Shown here piece after piece: positions 16,120 through 38,582 of a stretch of 64,000 nucleotides of DNA. A model generated the notes under the pieces. The model was given only the letters and a program-made list of their open reading frames with translations, had not been told where the DNA came from and did not search any database. Each line of letters opens with the position of its first letter. Positions within the stretch are counted from its first letter, which is position 1. The stretch comes from the human T2T-CHM13v2.0 reference genome, Homo sapiens: assembly GCF_009914755.1 (NCBI RefSeq), contig NC_060925.1; one strand, 5' to 3'. The position numbers and the translations under genes are program-made.

Positions 16120-16700
16120 GGCTTTCTTTCCCACTCTCCATAATTCCCTGCAAGTTGGCTTTGGCATGTTCATGCCCATGAGATTGTTTGCTCAAATGTC
16201 ACCAAAGAATTCTCCATTGCTAAGGCCACTGGACTTTGTTTTATCTCCTTTTTCTCATCTTTCTCTGTTTAAACACTTTGAACTCCTACCTCATGGAAAC
16301 ATTCTCTGACCTTGGTTTCCATGAAACCACACTGTTTTTCTCTCTTCCCAGCACTCATTTCGTTACCTTCCATGAATCTGCTCATTCTCCCTCTACCATA
16401 ATTACGTATGCTCTTCTCTGGTACATCCTTAGCCCTTGTGTGTGCGATTTTTATGATGATTGTTCTCAAATCTCTATTTTCATCACCAATCTTTTTCCCA
16501 AGTCTCCAGCTTACCTCCCTCTTGGCTTCTCTATTAATGTTTCTTGCAATCATAATAAATTTCATATTTTTGAAAGCAAACTAAACATTAACCTTTCTTA
16601 TACTGATAAAAATCTCTCTATTTCAATTTTTCTGTCTTCTTTAATGACCTTGCCATTATACCTGTACATTAATGGGTCAACATTTTGGAGCCATATCTAT
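16120..16700 (+). mobile_element. L2 fragment upstream of OR10J5
   Basis: CTTGGTTTCCATGAAACCACAC...GATGATTGTTCTCAAATCTCTATTTTCA, L2 RT-region-like. Confidence 0.6.
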
Positions 16701-17127
16701 TTTGACATCACATTCAGTGGGCTTTTTCTTTAAAGTTATGCCTCCTCTCTGTACAATTTCTGAATTCACAATGACCTACTTAAGACTAGGGTACCAAATC
16801 TTCTAGCCAGAATAATGAAACATATTCCCATTCTAAAATTTATATGAATATGTGGAAGACCAAGAATGCTAAAACAATTTTAGGAAAGAAGTACAAAGTT
16901 AAAGAACTTACACTACTTCATTTGAAGACTATGGTAATCAACATTGTATGGTAGTGCTGCAAGTGCAGGCAACAGAAAAAAATGGAGAGTCCAAAAGTAG
17001 ACCCACATATATAGCCACTGATTTTTGATAAAGTGCTAAGGTATCTCAGTGACAGTATTTTCAACAAATGTTGATAGAAAAAATGAATGTCCATATGGGA
17101 AAAATAAACCTCAAACCTTATCTCATG

Positions 17128-17160
<33 letters not shown>

Positions 17161-17284
17161 TTCAGAATGAATCATAGATATGTATATAAAAGATAAAGCT
17201 ATACAAATTCCAGACAAAAATAAGAAATAAAATCTTCAATACCTTGAAATGAGCAAAGATTTCCTAGATATAAAACAAAAAGCG

Positions 17285-23314
<6,030 letters not shown>

Positions 23315-23400
23315 AAAAAGCGTAACCCATAAAAGAACAAAATCACAAATCAAAAGCTTCTAACCTTCAAACAACATCGCTAGAAAAATTAAAAGGCTTG

Positions 23401-23710
<310 letters not shown>

Positions 23711-25427
23711 ATAAATGAAAAGGAAAACCGCAAGTAGGAGTAAATATTTACAATACATATGTCTAAAATTGTAACTAGCATATATAAAGAATTCTTATAA
23801 TTCAATAATAAGACATTTTTCATGGACAAAATATTTGAAGAGACATTTCACAAAAATAAGATATAGAAATGGTCAGTAAGCACAGGAAAGAATGCTCAAC
23901 ATCATTAGCCATTAAAAACTTGTAAAATAAAACCACAATGAGATACCACTGCATGCCCATTTGAATGGCTGACATTTAAAAGCCTAACAACAAAGAATTT
24001 TGGCAAGTAAGTAAAGAAGTTGAAGCTTAAACATTGCTGGTGGAAATGTAAAATAGAATCATCAAGTTGGAGAACAATTTGGCAGTTTTTTATAAAGTTA
24101 AATATGTACTTACTCCATGACTCAGTAATTTTTTCTACATGTTGACACAATAGGAATGAAAACATGTGTCCACATAGAGACAGGTAAGTGTAAATGGCCC
24201 TCTCAGCTTTCTTCCTGAATGTCAAAAAACTGCAAATAACCCAATTGTCCAAGAAATAATGCATCCATATAATGAAACACTGCTCAGCAATAAGAGGAAC
24301 AAATTTCTAATACTAACAGCAATATGGCTGAATCTTTAAAACAGTATGTTGAATCAAGTCAGAAACAAAAGAGTTAATACTGTATGATTCTATTTATATG
24401 ATACTCTAGAAATACAAATCTAATTTATACTGACAAAAAAAGTGGTTGCCAGAATTGCTGGGGAATTGCCAAAAAAGAACACAAGGGAACTTACTGGGGT
24501 AAAAAAAATGTTATTGATTGTGAAGGTGATAATACAGGTGCATAAATTTGTCAAAACTCTCAAAAATGTATACCAAAAAAACGGTAAACTTTGTTACGTT
24601 ATATTTTAATTGTATTGCATTGTATTATATTATGTCATGTAATATTATATTGTATCATACTGCATTATACTTCATCAATGTTAATTCATTTGGGCATGAA
24701 TAAGATTTTATCCCTAGGAATCTGTTGCTACTAGACTTACCATCCTTTAGGTGGGCTTATTATGATGGAAGAAACATTGGAATTGACTGGGACTTGGGAA
24801 ATCTGGAACCTGATCTGGAGTCTGTCAATGTCAAAACATGTGGTCTGGGGCAAATATGTCTCCATGGCCTCAAATGCAAAATAAGAAGCTTAAACAAGAT
24901 TGTCTCTAAGTTCTAATATACTAATCATATATCACTTATCTGGTCTGGTAAGCACAACTCTGCTGGGCTGATAAGGCCCTGCACTATCAGACTATTCTTA
25001 CACAGCCAATCTGCCATCTTCACTATCTCCTCCACTGCAAAAAAAAAAAAAAAAAAAAGCCAACCTTCCCAGGGTCTAGGAACATTCCAATACCCCTTGT
25101 CAAAGCTGTGCCTGTGTTCATATTTTTCTTCTTGCCTGGGCTGACCTCCACTCCCTGTTGCCCACCCAGATTCCAAGTCCTCTGTGCTTGGAAGCACATC
25201 CTCATCACTCTCAGTACTTTCTTAACATAAAACCCCCAAATGAAATTATATTCTTATTCTTCGCTTAAATACAGAATTTTTAAATCACCAAATTAGATCT
25301 ATTTTTAATGTTTAAAAATTGTTTCTTAGGAGTATTTCAAGACTCAGCTCATTGCCTAGCATCTTCATGAAATCATCTCACAACAACCCTGCTTCTCACT
25401 TCTCTTTCTTTCATAAAGCCTATACCC

Positions 25428-25623
25428 AAGCTGGAGGCAGCTTGCACCAGCTCACCAGAGAAGATTGCTAACATTCTTTCTCAGCTCCATATTCTGTAGT
25501 ATCATCTGGGTAGATTAAGATCTACTGTAGAGAAATAGTGTTAACTGAGAAATGGACAATCAGTATCAGGACTATTTTTTTTCCTGGAGAGCTGATTGTT
25601 AAACATCTACCAACACACCACTG
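25428..25623. mobile_element. MER63-like hAT DNA transposon fossil
   Basis: GCTGGAGGCAGCTTGCACCAGCTCACCAGAG... and terminal GAGAGCTGATTGTTAAACATCTACCAACACACCACTG resemble MER63 ends (from recall). Confidence 0.6.
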
Positions 25624-26319
25624 CCTTCATCCTTGTACCATATGCTGTGGCCCAGTCCATGTTATCTTGCATTGTTGTCTGTTTTCTCCCATGTGTCAGT
25701 CTTATTTCCCAAATTAGATTGTAAACAGTTTGAAAGAATGTGCCAGGGCTGTTAAATCTTCTCAGTCCTTCACACAATTCACTCAGAGAATCCTTCAATA
25801 TGTACTAGGTGACTGAAGAGTATGAAGAATCTAGAATTATTATTGCATTATAATTGGAGCTCAATTTGCCAAGGAGACAGCATTAGCTACCCATGAAAAT
25901 AGTGGGACTCAAACAATAAGGGATGCTTTTGTGTAGCATCCTGGCGTAAATCTCAGTGTTTTTCTCCTAATCCTTCTTCACATTTTCCCACATGGAATCA
26001 GATGATAATGACAAACTAGAGCAATCATGGGAAAAGACAAAAAATGTTGCATGGGAAAGAGAAGGGTCAGCTTTGACTTAGTGGCCAGTGATGTTAGAGC
26101 TTAGGAGGGATGAGTTTCTGAGTTGTCAATAGGTGTCAGGTCTTTATTAGTTGACCTTGCCACCTCCTTATCTCTGCTAGTTGGTGAATGTGTCCACCAT
26201 CCACGTTGAGAGTTTAGAGTAAGGAATAGTGTTAACAAAGTATCCCTATGCACCAACATTACCACCATTCCTGGATCCTTTCTTTTTCTTATTATTGTGT
26301 AAATTTAAAGTTCATTAAT

Positions 26320-26510
26320 TCTTGAATCAATCCCCAGCTCTACCACCTAACTATGAAGACTTGAGCAACTTGTTAGCCTCACCAACCCTCATTCTCATCT
26401 GTAAATAGGGTAACAAAAGTACTAACCTCAGAGTAATATTGTGAGGATTAAATTATGTAATTCATTCAAAGCCCTTAGCACAAGGTAGATGTTCAACAGT
26501 TGGTATTTCT
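26320..26510 (+). mobile_element. MIR
   Basis: AATCCCCAGCTCTACCACCTAACTATGAAGACTTGAGCAA...CTCATCTGTAAATAGGG...TTGTGAGGATTAAAT core. Confidence 0.8.
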
Positions 26511-27774
26511 TAAAATTATCCTTGATATTGCTCTGTAATAGGAAGAAGGTATTCAAGAATTTTTTAAAAATCAACAAAAACAAAGAGAACAAAACAGTAT
26601 GAGACAATAAAAGATGAGAGCACGAGAAAGAGAGAGAGAGATTGATGTGTAGATGATCCTCTTGGGAAAATAAGAGCACTGCAATAGACTGATAAAATAG
26701 CACAGCAAATGTTTTAGTCATGAAGATTATATGCCAAATAAAAAAGAAAAGAGGGACTAGAAAATTCTAAAGATGTGATAAGATAAAAGAAGCTGTTATA
26801 GAATTTACTGGTACCTATAAAAAGGTGTGTGTCTTTTATTTAAATCTGAATGAACCTATGAGAGAAAAGAATTTAAAATATTCAATTTATTTCCTGAAAA
26901 TTGATGTTTCATGTAAATAACTACTAAAGAAAACAAACAAATAAACAAAACCCTATGGCTTCTTCCCCAGACACCTTGAAACACAAGCAAATTATAAGAT
27001 GCCAGGCATGGATAAAGTGACCTCTTTAAACATCTGTGATTATAATAGCTATTTGAAGAATCCAAAGGAATAAAAATCCTTGTTCATAAGATGAATGTGA
27101 GAAAGACTCTGTAAGGCTGTGCTTTTAGAACTTGAGTCCAGTTGGCATATATGTGATGTTTTCCACCCAGAATTCTAGATCCTAGCCTAGGATGGGTACA
27201 GGAACAAGTAGGACTGGAACCTGCTCGAGCTAAGAAGGACACGAAGGTATCCCCATCACCTCTCAAATCTGGTCTGACAGTGTCTATAAAAAATAAACAA
27301 ACAATAAAGCAAAAAACCTAGTTCCTCTTCAGAGATATAGACTCTTACAATTACTTACTTCTCCAAATAGATTGTAGCTTAGAGAAAGAATGGCATGTGA
27401 CATTTCATGGATCTCCCAGGCTCTGAAAGCTATGTCTATAGGAGGAGAAAAAGAAGTTCCTATAAGCTCAGAGATCAGGAGGAAAATCTCAGAGGAAAAG
27501 CCATGTTGTCTACACCTCCTCTCCTGGGTCTCTTTTTCTCAATACTTTCTGAGTATCTCAAGGGAAGCAATAGAATTAGACTCCAGACAGATACCAAGGA
27601 GACTTATTAAAAATGGGAATTTTTAATTTTCCCAGTAGTTGATGCTTTGAGATTTCTGGAGCAACTCTCTTAGATGGTTTATCTTCCCCTATTTTTGACT
27701 ACATCGAGGGAGATTTTATATATATATAGTGCAAGAATTTTTGTCTTTAAAAAATGATGGACTCCTGCTCGACA

Positions 27775-30160
<2,386 letters not shown>

Positions 30161-30989
30161 AAAAGACTGTGGATTAGCCTCTGTAGTGTTTCCAAGGCAG
30201 AGGGCACTATGTGAGTAGGTAACGTTTGGTATTTTCCAAAGACATCAATTTGTTAACTAATTCCATTTCAGCAGTATAGATTTTCTGAGAAAATCGTAGC
30301 CTGAGTATTGGCAGTTAGACTCTTTCTGGGAGACTTTTCATTGGGCAGGTCAAGCTCCTGGCATCCAGGGTTTCCTATATTTGCACAATGCCAACTCCTC
30401 TTGCCTGATGCAAATTCCTGTCTCCTGCATGTCACTCAAAGTTCTTCTGAGACAGTTGCAAGTGATGTTTTGATTTTTTCATTTGACTTCTGTTTATTTT
30501 TCTCTTTACTACATGGAAGTTATGGAATGGTGTGAAGACTTGTAATTGCTTTTTATTCCATAAGACCATTCCATCAGCTTGGAATTGTGCATTTTTGATT
30601 TAGTGCAAGTACACACCGGGGTCGTAATCAAGTAGTCATATCAACTGTGGCACCTGCTTCCATCCAGTACAGTTAAATGTCCTTAAACCTCCACAGCATT
30701 TCAATAAAAATCAGAATAATGAATTCTTGAGTTGTCCCCAAATCCTGTTCTACTTCATGTTTTCAATCCCATAACCCCTTAACTCAGTCGTTCCTCAAGT
30801 TTATAGTGACCTTGATATCTTGCATAACCCTTAGGACCTTAGAAGTTATCTGAAGCATATTCATAAATCCCTTAATCTTCAGTTATCTCCATGATCTCTG
30901 CCTTTCACCTGTCCTATGTTTGTTTCAGCTCTTCTGACAGAAGCAATGTCATCACTAATTCTTCCTCCCCCAACATTGTTTTTACTTGT

Positions 30990-32500
30990 GTATTTTTTTA
31001 ATTTCAAACTTATGAAAAAGTTGCAAGTATAATACAAGTAACTCCTACATACCCTGTTCCTAGATACACCAATTGTTTACTTTTTGCCTCATTTGCTTCA
31101 TCATTTCTATCTCTAAATTATATGAGAGTAAATTGGAGTCATCATGCCCCTTTACTCTTAAATACGTTAGTCAGTGTTTCCTAGGAAAAAGGAAATTCTC
31201 TTATATAAGGTGATCAAATTACAAAGACACTAAATCAAGAACCACTGTCATTCCTAAACACTTAGTGTCATAAAACATAAATTAAGACATAAAGTTCAGT
31301 TGTCCACATCACAATTCCAATACATCCCCTTCTGATTTCTGCGTACCCTTTATTGCTTTCCCCCAAGGCCTTGAGGGAAACAATGACTTATTCCAGAAAA
31401 CAAAGAGTAGAACCGTTAGAGCCCCGTCACCTCACCTTTTCTTACCTCTTATTACCTCTCCTTCTCCCACCTGATCAAGAACATTGTTTCTGAGAAGGGT
31501 AGTCTCCTCAGAGTGACTGATCACCCAACAGGAGTGTTCATTTAGAAACTGTGAAAACGCTCATCCTCATTTTTTTCCATGACCTAAATAGTTTCTCTTA
31601 CTTTCTCCTTGACCATGGCTCATGTATCTTCCCAGGCAAGATCGAGTGCTATTTTTTCTCTTCAAATTTTCCTTTTTTATTTTTCTTAAACTTAAAGACA
31701 ACTTGAAAGTACAGTAACTCCATTTTTAAACATTAGAGAGTAAGTCGCTGACACAAAGGTCATCACTCTCAAATATTTTAGTATTTCCAACAAACAAGGA
31801 CATTCTCCTTTGTAACCACAAAGCAATCATCCAATCAGAAAATTAACATTTATTAATTATTACTATGTAATCCTCAGATTCCCAGTCAATGTTTTTCCAG
31901 GTGTGTCAAACACTTTCTTTATAACAAAAATGTCAAGCTCAAAAATCAAAGTTTTCACTTATTGTTATTAACTTCCTTAAAACTGGAAAAGTTCCTCAGT
32001 GTTTCTCTACCTTCCATTACCTGGACACTTCCAAAGATTATAGGCTGGTTATTGTGTTGAATGTTCCTAAATTTTTATTGTTCAGATATTTTCTTATGAC
32101 TAAATTTATGTTATGAGTTGTTGGCATGACAGAAGGAATGCTGTGTTTTTTTCATTGCATGCTATCAAGAGGCATGTGATTCTGAATTATCCTATTTCTA
32201 ATGATGTTTGCTTAATAACTTGATTAAGGTTATATGAATCAAGATTCTCTCTTCTGAAGTCACTCTTTTTCTCTTTTAAATTAGTAAATATTTTTCAGGG
32301 AGGTAGTTTGAAACTAAATATCTTGTTCTTTAACTTTTAAACAATTTTTTATCTAAATCATTTTGGATTCATGGCTTACTATTTTATTTAATGATTTATA
32401 ATTACATTAATTACTTATATTAGTGTTCAATTATTGCCAGTGTGGTCAGTGGGATCTCCTTTAAGCTAGCTTTGCTGTCCTTTCAACTGGTCTCCATTAT
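30990..32500 (-). mobile_element. L1MC-type 3' end fragments (30990-31230, 31670-32500)
   Basis: TTTTTAATTTCAAACTTATGAAAAAGTTGCAAGTATAATACA... and AACAAGGACATTCTCCTTTGTAACCACA motifs resemble L1MC4/5 3' ends. Confidence 0.55.
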
Positions 32501-32509
32501 CATTAATCA

Positions 32510-33140
32510 TCAAGAAGGTGCAAATCAAAACCAAAATCAGCTGTCACCTCACATCTGTTAGAATGACTATTTAAATAAAAAAGATAACAGGTATTACCAA
32601 GGATGTGAGAAAGTTAAAACCCTTGTATGCTGTTGGTGGAAATGTAAAATGGTGAAGTTGTTCTGAAAAATATAGGTTTGTTAAATGAGATTTTCAGAAA
32701 ATTAAAATGGAACTACCACATGATCCAGCAATCCCACTTCTGGGTATATATCCAAAGAATCTAGATAAGCATCTCGAAGAGATATCTGCACTCAATGTTC
32801 ATTGCAGCATTATTCACAATAATCAAGACATGGAAACAATTTAAAACCTGTAGGACATTATGCTAAATAAAGTAAGGCTGTCATGATCTCACCTACATGA
32901 GGACTCTAAAATAGTTAAAGTCATAGAAACAGAGGAAAATGGTGGTTGCCAGTGACTGGGGAGAGAGAGAAATGGAGAGATGCTCTTTCACAGGTACGTA
33001 GTTCCAGTTATACGATATGAGCAAATTCTAGAGATCTGCTGTATATCCTTGTGCCTATAGTTAACAATACCATACTGTGCACTTAAAAATTTGTCAGAAT
33101 AGTAGATATTATGTTAAGTGTTCTCATCAAAATTATAAAA
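32510..33140 (+). mobile_element. L1MA-type 3' fragment
   Basis: GATCCAGCAATCCCACTTCTGGGTATATATCCAAAG, and 3'UTR ...GTTAACAATACCATACTGTGCACTTAAAAATTTG...ATGTTAAGTGTTCTC. Confidence 0.7.
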
Positions 33141-34570
33141 AAAATCTTTAATCCATGGGAATGTGTGTTGTAAAGGTCTTGACTCAGAGGGAGTATTTTC
33201 CTTTCTTTTCCCTTAATTATCTTGTCACTTAAAAAAATCTATACAGATTTGTATTACTGCTTATTTAATTCAACAAAACATTTACTAAGTCCCTACTAAG
33301 TATAAAACAAAGGGATAGCTGGTGGATGGAATGAAGAGAAGGACAAACTACTTTAAGGATCTTCCCATCTCTAAGGGTGTTTAGATGGCACCCTGTTACA
33401 TATATAAATACCTATAATATGAAGCAGAATATTGTAATTACCAGAGACATTTCATAATAACAACAATGATGTTGAAACACTTCCTATGCTTCAAAGCACT
33501 GCGCTAAGTACTTAGTGTGCATTAGTAGCCACTCAAACCCCATGAATGTGGGGGTATTCCTGTTTCACACATGAGGAACTATAGGTTCAAAACGTTTGAA
33601 TGCTTCCCTAAGTGTCCACATTTATAAAATGAGAAAGCTAGAGTTGAAATCCAGGTTTGTCTAATTCCAAAACCTTTGCACTTCATCACTATGGTATTCA
33701 GAAGATGAAAACATCCTAATTTATTCGATCAGGAGAGACTTCATGGGGATGGCATATGAAATAGAATTTTAAGAAGCATTGGAGTTTCAAAAGCAGAGAG
33801 ATATGCCTGAAAGCTACTTCAGTTATAAAGAAGAGAATGGATCAAAGTATTTAAAAGGAGAGACCCAGGGCATATAATAGGATTATAAGTAGATGAGTTT
33901 GACCACAGAACAGGACTTATGGAGGAAGCAAGGTCAGACCAATAGATTGGGAAAGAATTGTGAATCACTTCAGATCCCAGGATAATGATTCTGCATTTCA
34001 TTCAAGACACAAGTGGTAGCTTAAGCAAACTCCAACTGTAAACCTTATTCAGACTTTCAGGGAAATGACAAAATGGGGAACTGCTTTGAGAAAGTGACAA
34101 GGTGTGACCCACTCTGAAGATTAGAACAGGAGAAAAAAAGGTTATGGATGGGCGTTACTAAATCAGGAAAATCCATCCAAGAATGTTGGGAGGAAAGATG
34201 AAGCAGAGTGGATCAAGTGCTGGCAAAAAAAAAAAAAAAAAAAGGAAAGGAAAAAGAGGAGTGTTCAGGAGTAGAGTAATCACAATAAGGTGTAGAGCTG
34301 ATTAATATAATTTAAAATGTAGAATAAATGGAATAATAAATATCTGGGGTTAAGAAATTTCAGTTTGATGTTTGGGGAAAAAAAGCAAGGTTGAGTTATT
34401 ATGACTCCATTCATGACCATTTAACCGCAAGAGACATGGGGGTCACTGTTAAAGCCCAGCAAGAAAGTCAAGAAAATAAAATCTACATAATGCATGGCAC
34501 ACAGTAGACATTCACAGAAAGTGTGTTTAATGAATGCATGCATGCATGTGTGCATGTTAAGAGAGTATCA

Positions 34571-35553
<983 letters not shown>

Positions 35554-36139
35554 GAGAGAGTATCACCATATATGGTTTTTAAACTTCCCCTTAAATGGCT
35601 GGGGTCAGAAGATAACAAAACTGTCAGTCAACCGCTGACCTCTCAGAGAACGGTTACTAAGTATCTGGGAAGGCAAGTCATAATATGAAAAGGGAAAGGG
35701 AGATAGGCAGGTGAGAGATGGTCAGAACAATTCCTCAGAAACTAGAAAGGATATCCTCCAATTTTTTGAATCTCCTTAACAAAATGCTGGCATATTATAC
35801 TAAATTAATGGGGGCAGGGGATAGATTTTCAGTGTTTATATCAGAAAGCAGAAACCCAGAATGTTCTACAAACAGACGACTACTTCGCAGAACAAAAAAG
35901 AAAGAAGAGGCCTTGTTTCCACAGCCCGTTAGAGGCCCAAGCTCAGGGAGACCCTCCACGTGGCTCAGGAGCTCATGGAAGAACACAGGGTCCTCAGACA
36001 GAGTGGAGAGTAGCATGATGCCCTCTTGACATGGCCAGCCCAGCCCCTCATCTCATCCATAACACTGCAGCTCTGTAACCACTGTCTTTCCAGCAGCAAA
36101 ATCTGGGTCACAGGACTCGGAGCTCTAGCAGTCACTTGT

Positions 36140-36433
36140 GTCTAATAAATAACTCCCATTGATTTTCCAGCCCAGGGTCTCACCCTTCCTTCCCCAGCAG
36201 CAGCTCTGATTGCTGACACCCAGGGGGCAGGGCTGGAAAATTACTCACACATTATTGGTGCTCTTCCTCCCCCATCCTCACCCAAGGTGCATATAAACCC
36301 TGAATAGCCTGCAGCCTAAGAATGTGAATCTCTACATAATAACTAAGTTAGAAGCTGGGTGGGCACAACCATTGTGCTATCTGATACCCTCATCCCGGTC
36401 ACTGCTGCTGCTGTAAGAGCCCAAGCTAAGAAC
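36140..36433 (+). promoter_or_regulatory. Promoter/5'UTR of the pentraxin pseudogene
   Basis: TATAAA at 36292-36297, with upstream GGAAAATTACTCACA and GTCTAATAAATAAC (HNF1-like). The 5'UTR (TACCCTCATCCCGGTCACTGCTGCTGCT) closely resembles the APCS 5'UTR as recalled. Confidence 0.6.
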
Positions 36434-37267
36434 ATGGACAAGCTACTGTTTGGGTTTCTGTCCTCACTAGCCTCGTGGAAGCCATTGCTCAGACAAGTAG
36501 GGAGGTCAAAGGTATATGACTATGTGGAGTAGGGTAGGTGGGGGTGTCAGGGATAGATGGTAGGAAGAAAAGACAAGAGGTTACCGAATATAAAATTGAA
36601 TTTGTGATTTTTTTCCTGTTCACATTTCAGGTGAAGATTATATCTTTTTTTTTCTCTCACAGACATGATTGGGAAGGTGTTTATTTTTCCTAAAGAATCT
36701 AATAGTGCTCACGTGAGCTTGATCACACAGCTGGAGAAATCTACAGAACTTCACTGCGTGTCTTCATGCTTATACCGACCTCTCCCATGGCTATCGCCTC
36801 TTCTCCTACAGCATCCAGACCAAGAGCAATGAGATGGTCATTTTTAAGTCTCAAATTGGGGAGTACAATCTTATCATTGGGGGTGACAAGGTTTTCTTCA
36901 AGGTCTGTGAGAATTTCCCCACCCTGGTGCACATCTATGCCAGCTGGGAGTCCTCCTCAGGCATTGCTGAGTTCTGGGTCAGTGAGAAGCCTTAGGTGAG
37001 GATGGGGCTAAGGCAGGGTTTCTCTGTGGGAGCTTACCCCAAGATTGCCCTGGGTAGCAGCAGGGTTCCTATGGAGGCAAGTTTGGTAAGAGCCAGTCCA
37101 TTGTGGGAGAGATTGGAGATGTGTACATGTGGGACTCTGTGCTGTCCCCAGAAGAAATCTGGTTTGTGTATCAAGGTATCTACATCAAACCCAATATTCT
37201 GGACTGGCGGGCATTGAACTATACAATGCAAGGTTATGTGGTCACCCAGTCCCATAAATAGAGTTGA
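36434..37267 (+). pseudogene. Unprocessed serum amyloid P component (APCS/SAP)-like short pentraxin pseudogene, 2 exons (36434-36496, 36663-37267)
   Basis: Manual translation across frameshifts: MDKLL/LWVSVLTSLVEAIAQT | NMIGKVFIFPKESNSAHVSLITQLEK/LQNFTACLHAYTDLSHGYRLFSYS...HIYASWESSSGIAEFWVSEKP*VRMGLRQGFSVGAYPKIALG/*QQGSYGGKFGKSQSIVGEIGDVYMWDSVLSPEEI...NILDWRALNY...K*S*. GT-AG intron 36497-36662 follows the signal peptide as in APCS/CRP. AATAAA at 37409-37414. Three frameshifts plus premature stops. Confidence 0.92.
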
Positions 37268-38215
37268 AGTTCTGCTTCAACAGGACAAAGTTACTGGGAA
37301 GGAAATCCCCAACATGAAAGACCAGCTCTGAAGACAATTCTACTTCATGCCTTATGTCTATTTCTCTGTTTTCTCTGAATTTCCTATCTATTGAACTGCT
37401 TAATTTACAATAAAAGTACAATGCCTTCTAGCATTTGTTCAGTATTTTTTCATGGCCAAAAACATCTCTCATTTGGAAGTCACGTTTTTAAGTGTTGCCA
37501 TTATTCAAAAAATGGGGCACAACCAGGATACAATGAAAAAAAAACTTGGAATAAGAAGGAAAAAGTAAAAGGCTTAACACTTGATTAGTACTAGAAACTT
37601 TTAGACTTTTCATTTAATGAAGTTTATTCTTATTTTACTCACAACTGACAATTAATTAATCACAATTGTTTATGTGGAATTCAATTGAAGGATGCCAGAT
37701 TGGATTTCCAGGTCACAGTTAATAGAAATAGAAAGTTAGGACAGTTCTGGGGTTGCTCTACCCATGAAGAGCTCTTGCTCCTTTCTTTATGGCACATCCG
37801 TAGACCCGTTCCAGTAAAACACATGCATGTAAACCAGGGCAGCAGGACTATCGGGACCATATGGGCCAAGGTGAATCTTCCTCATAGCCAGTAGCCCCAG
37901 AAGTGCTGTATATAATTAAAGATCCTACAATGTCCCACAGTCATCAAGAAAATATGTTCTGAACAGTACTCATGTCACCTTTGCTTAAAATCCCCTATAA
38001 AATTCCCAGACACTTGCATAATAGAGTTGTCATTTGAGCCTGCAAAGGTTTCCTAAATGCTAAGGAAGAGCTGCTACATGTATTTCTTACAAGTCCCATT
38101 AACTGGTAAGAGAATGGTAAGTAGACCAGGATAGGCAGGTGTTTTGTTGATATGAGAAATGTTTTACTTTCCTCTGCCATCTCCTGACTTACACATATTT
38201 TCTGTTTATAATACA

Positions 38216-38582
38216 TGTATTAATCTGTTTTCACACTGCTATAAAGATACTACCTGAGACTGGATAATTTATGAAGAAAAGAGGTTTAATTGGTTCACAG
38301 CTCCACATGGCTAGGGAGGCCTCAGGAAACTTACAGTCATGGCAGAAGGTGAAGGGGAAGCAAGGCACGTCTTACATGGTGGTGAGAAAGAGTAAGCAAG
38401 CAAAGGGGAAGAGCTACACTGTAAAACCATCAGCTCTCATAAGAACTCACTCACTGTCACAAAACAGCATGGGGGAAATGGCCCTCCTGATCCAATCACT
38501 TCCCACCAGGACCCTCCCTCGATATGTGGGAATTACAATTTGAGATGAGATTTGGGTGGGGATACAGAGCCAAATCATATCA
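38216..38582 (-). mobile_element. MSTA-like MaLR solo LTR
   Basis: TG...CA termini, AAGAGGTTTAATTGGTTCACAG...ATTTGGGTGGGGATACAGAGCCAAATCATATCA, 5-bp TSD ATACA (38211-38215 / 38583-38587). Confidence 0.9.

Noticed and set aside
35718-36029. 103-aa ORF upstream of the pentraxin promoter
   Set aside because: No recognisable motif or splice structure, and compatible with a chance ORF.
36741-37255. Short ORFs on both strands over the pentraxin
   Set aside because: They are out-of-frame or partial readings of the disabled pentraxin exon 2, not separate genes.
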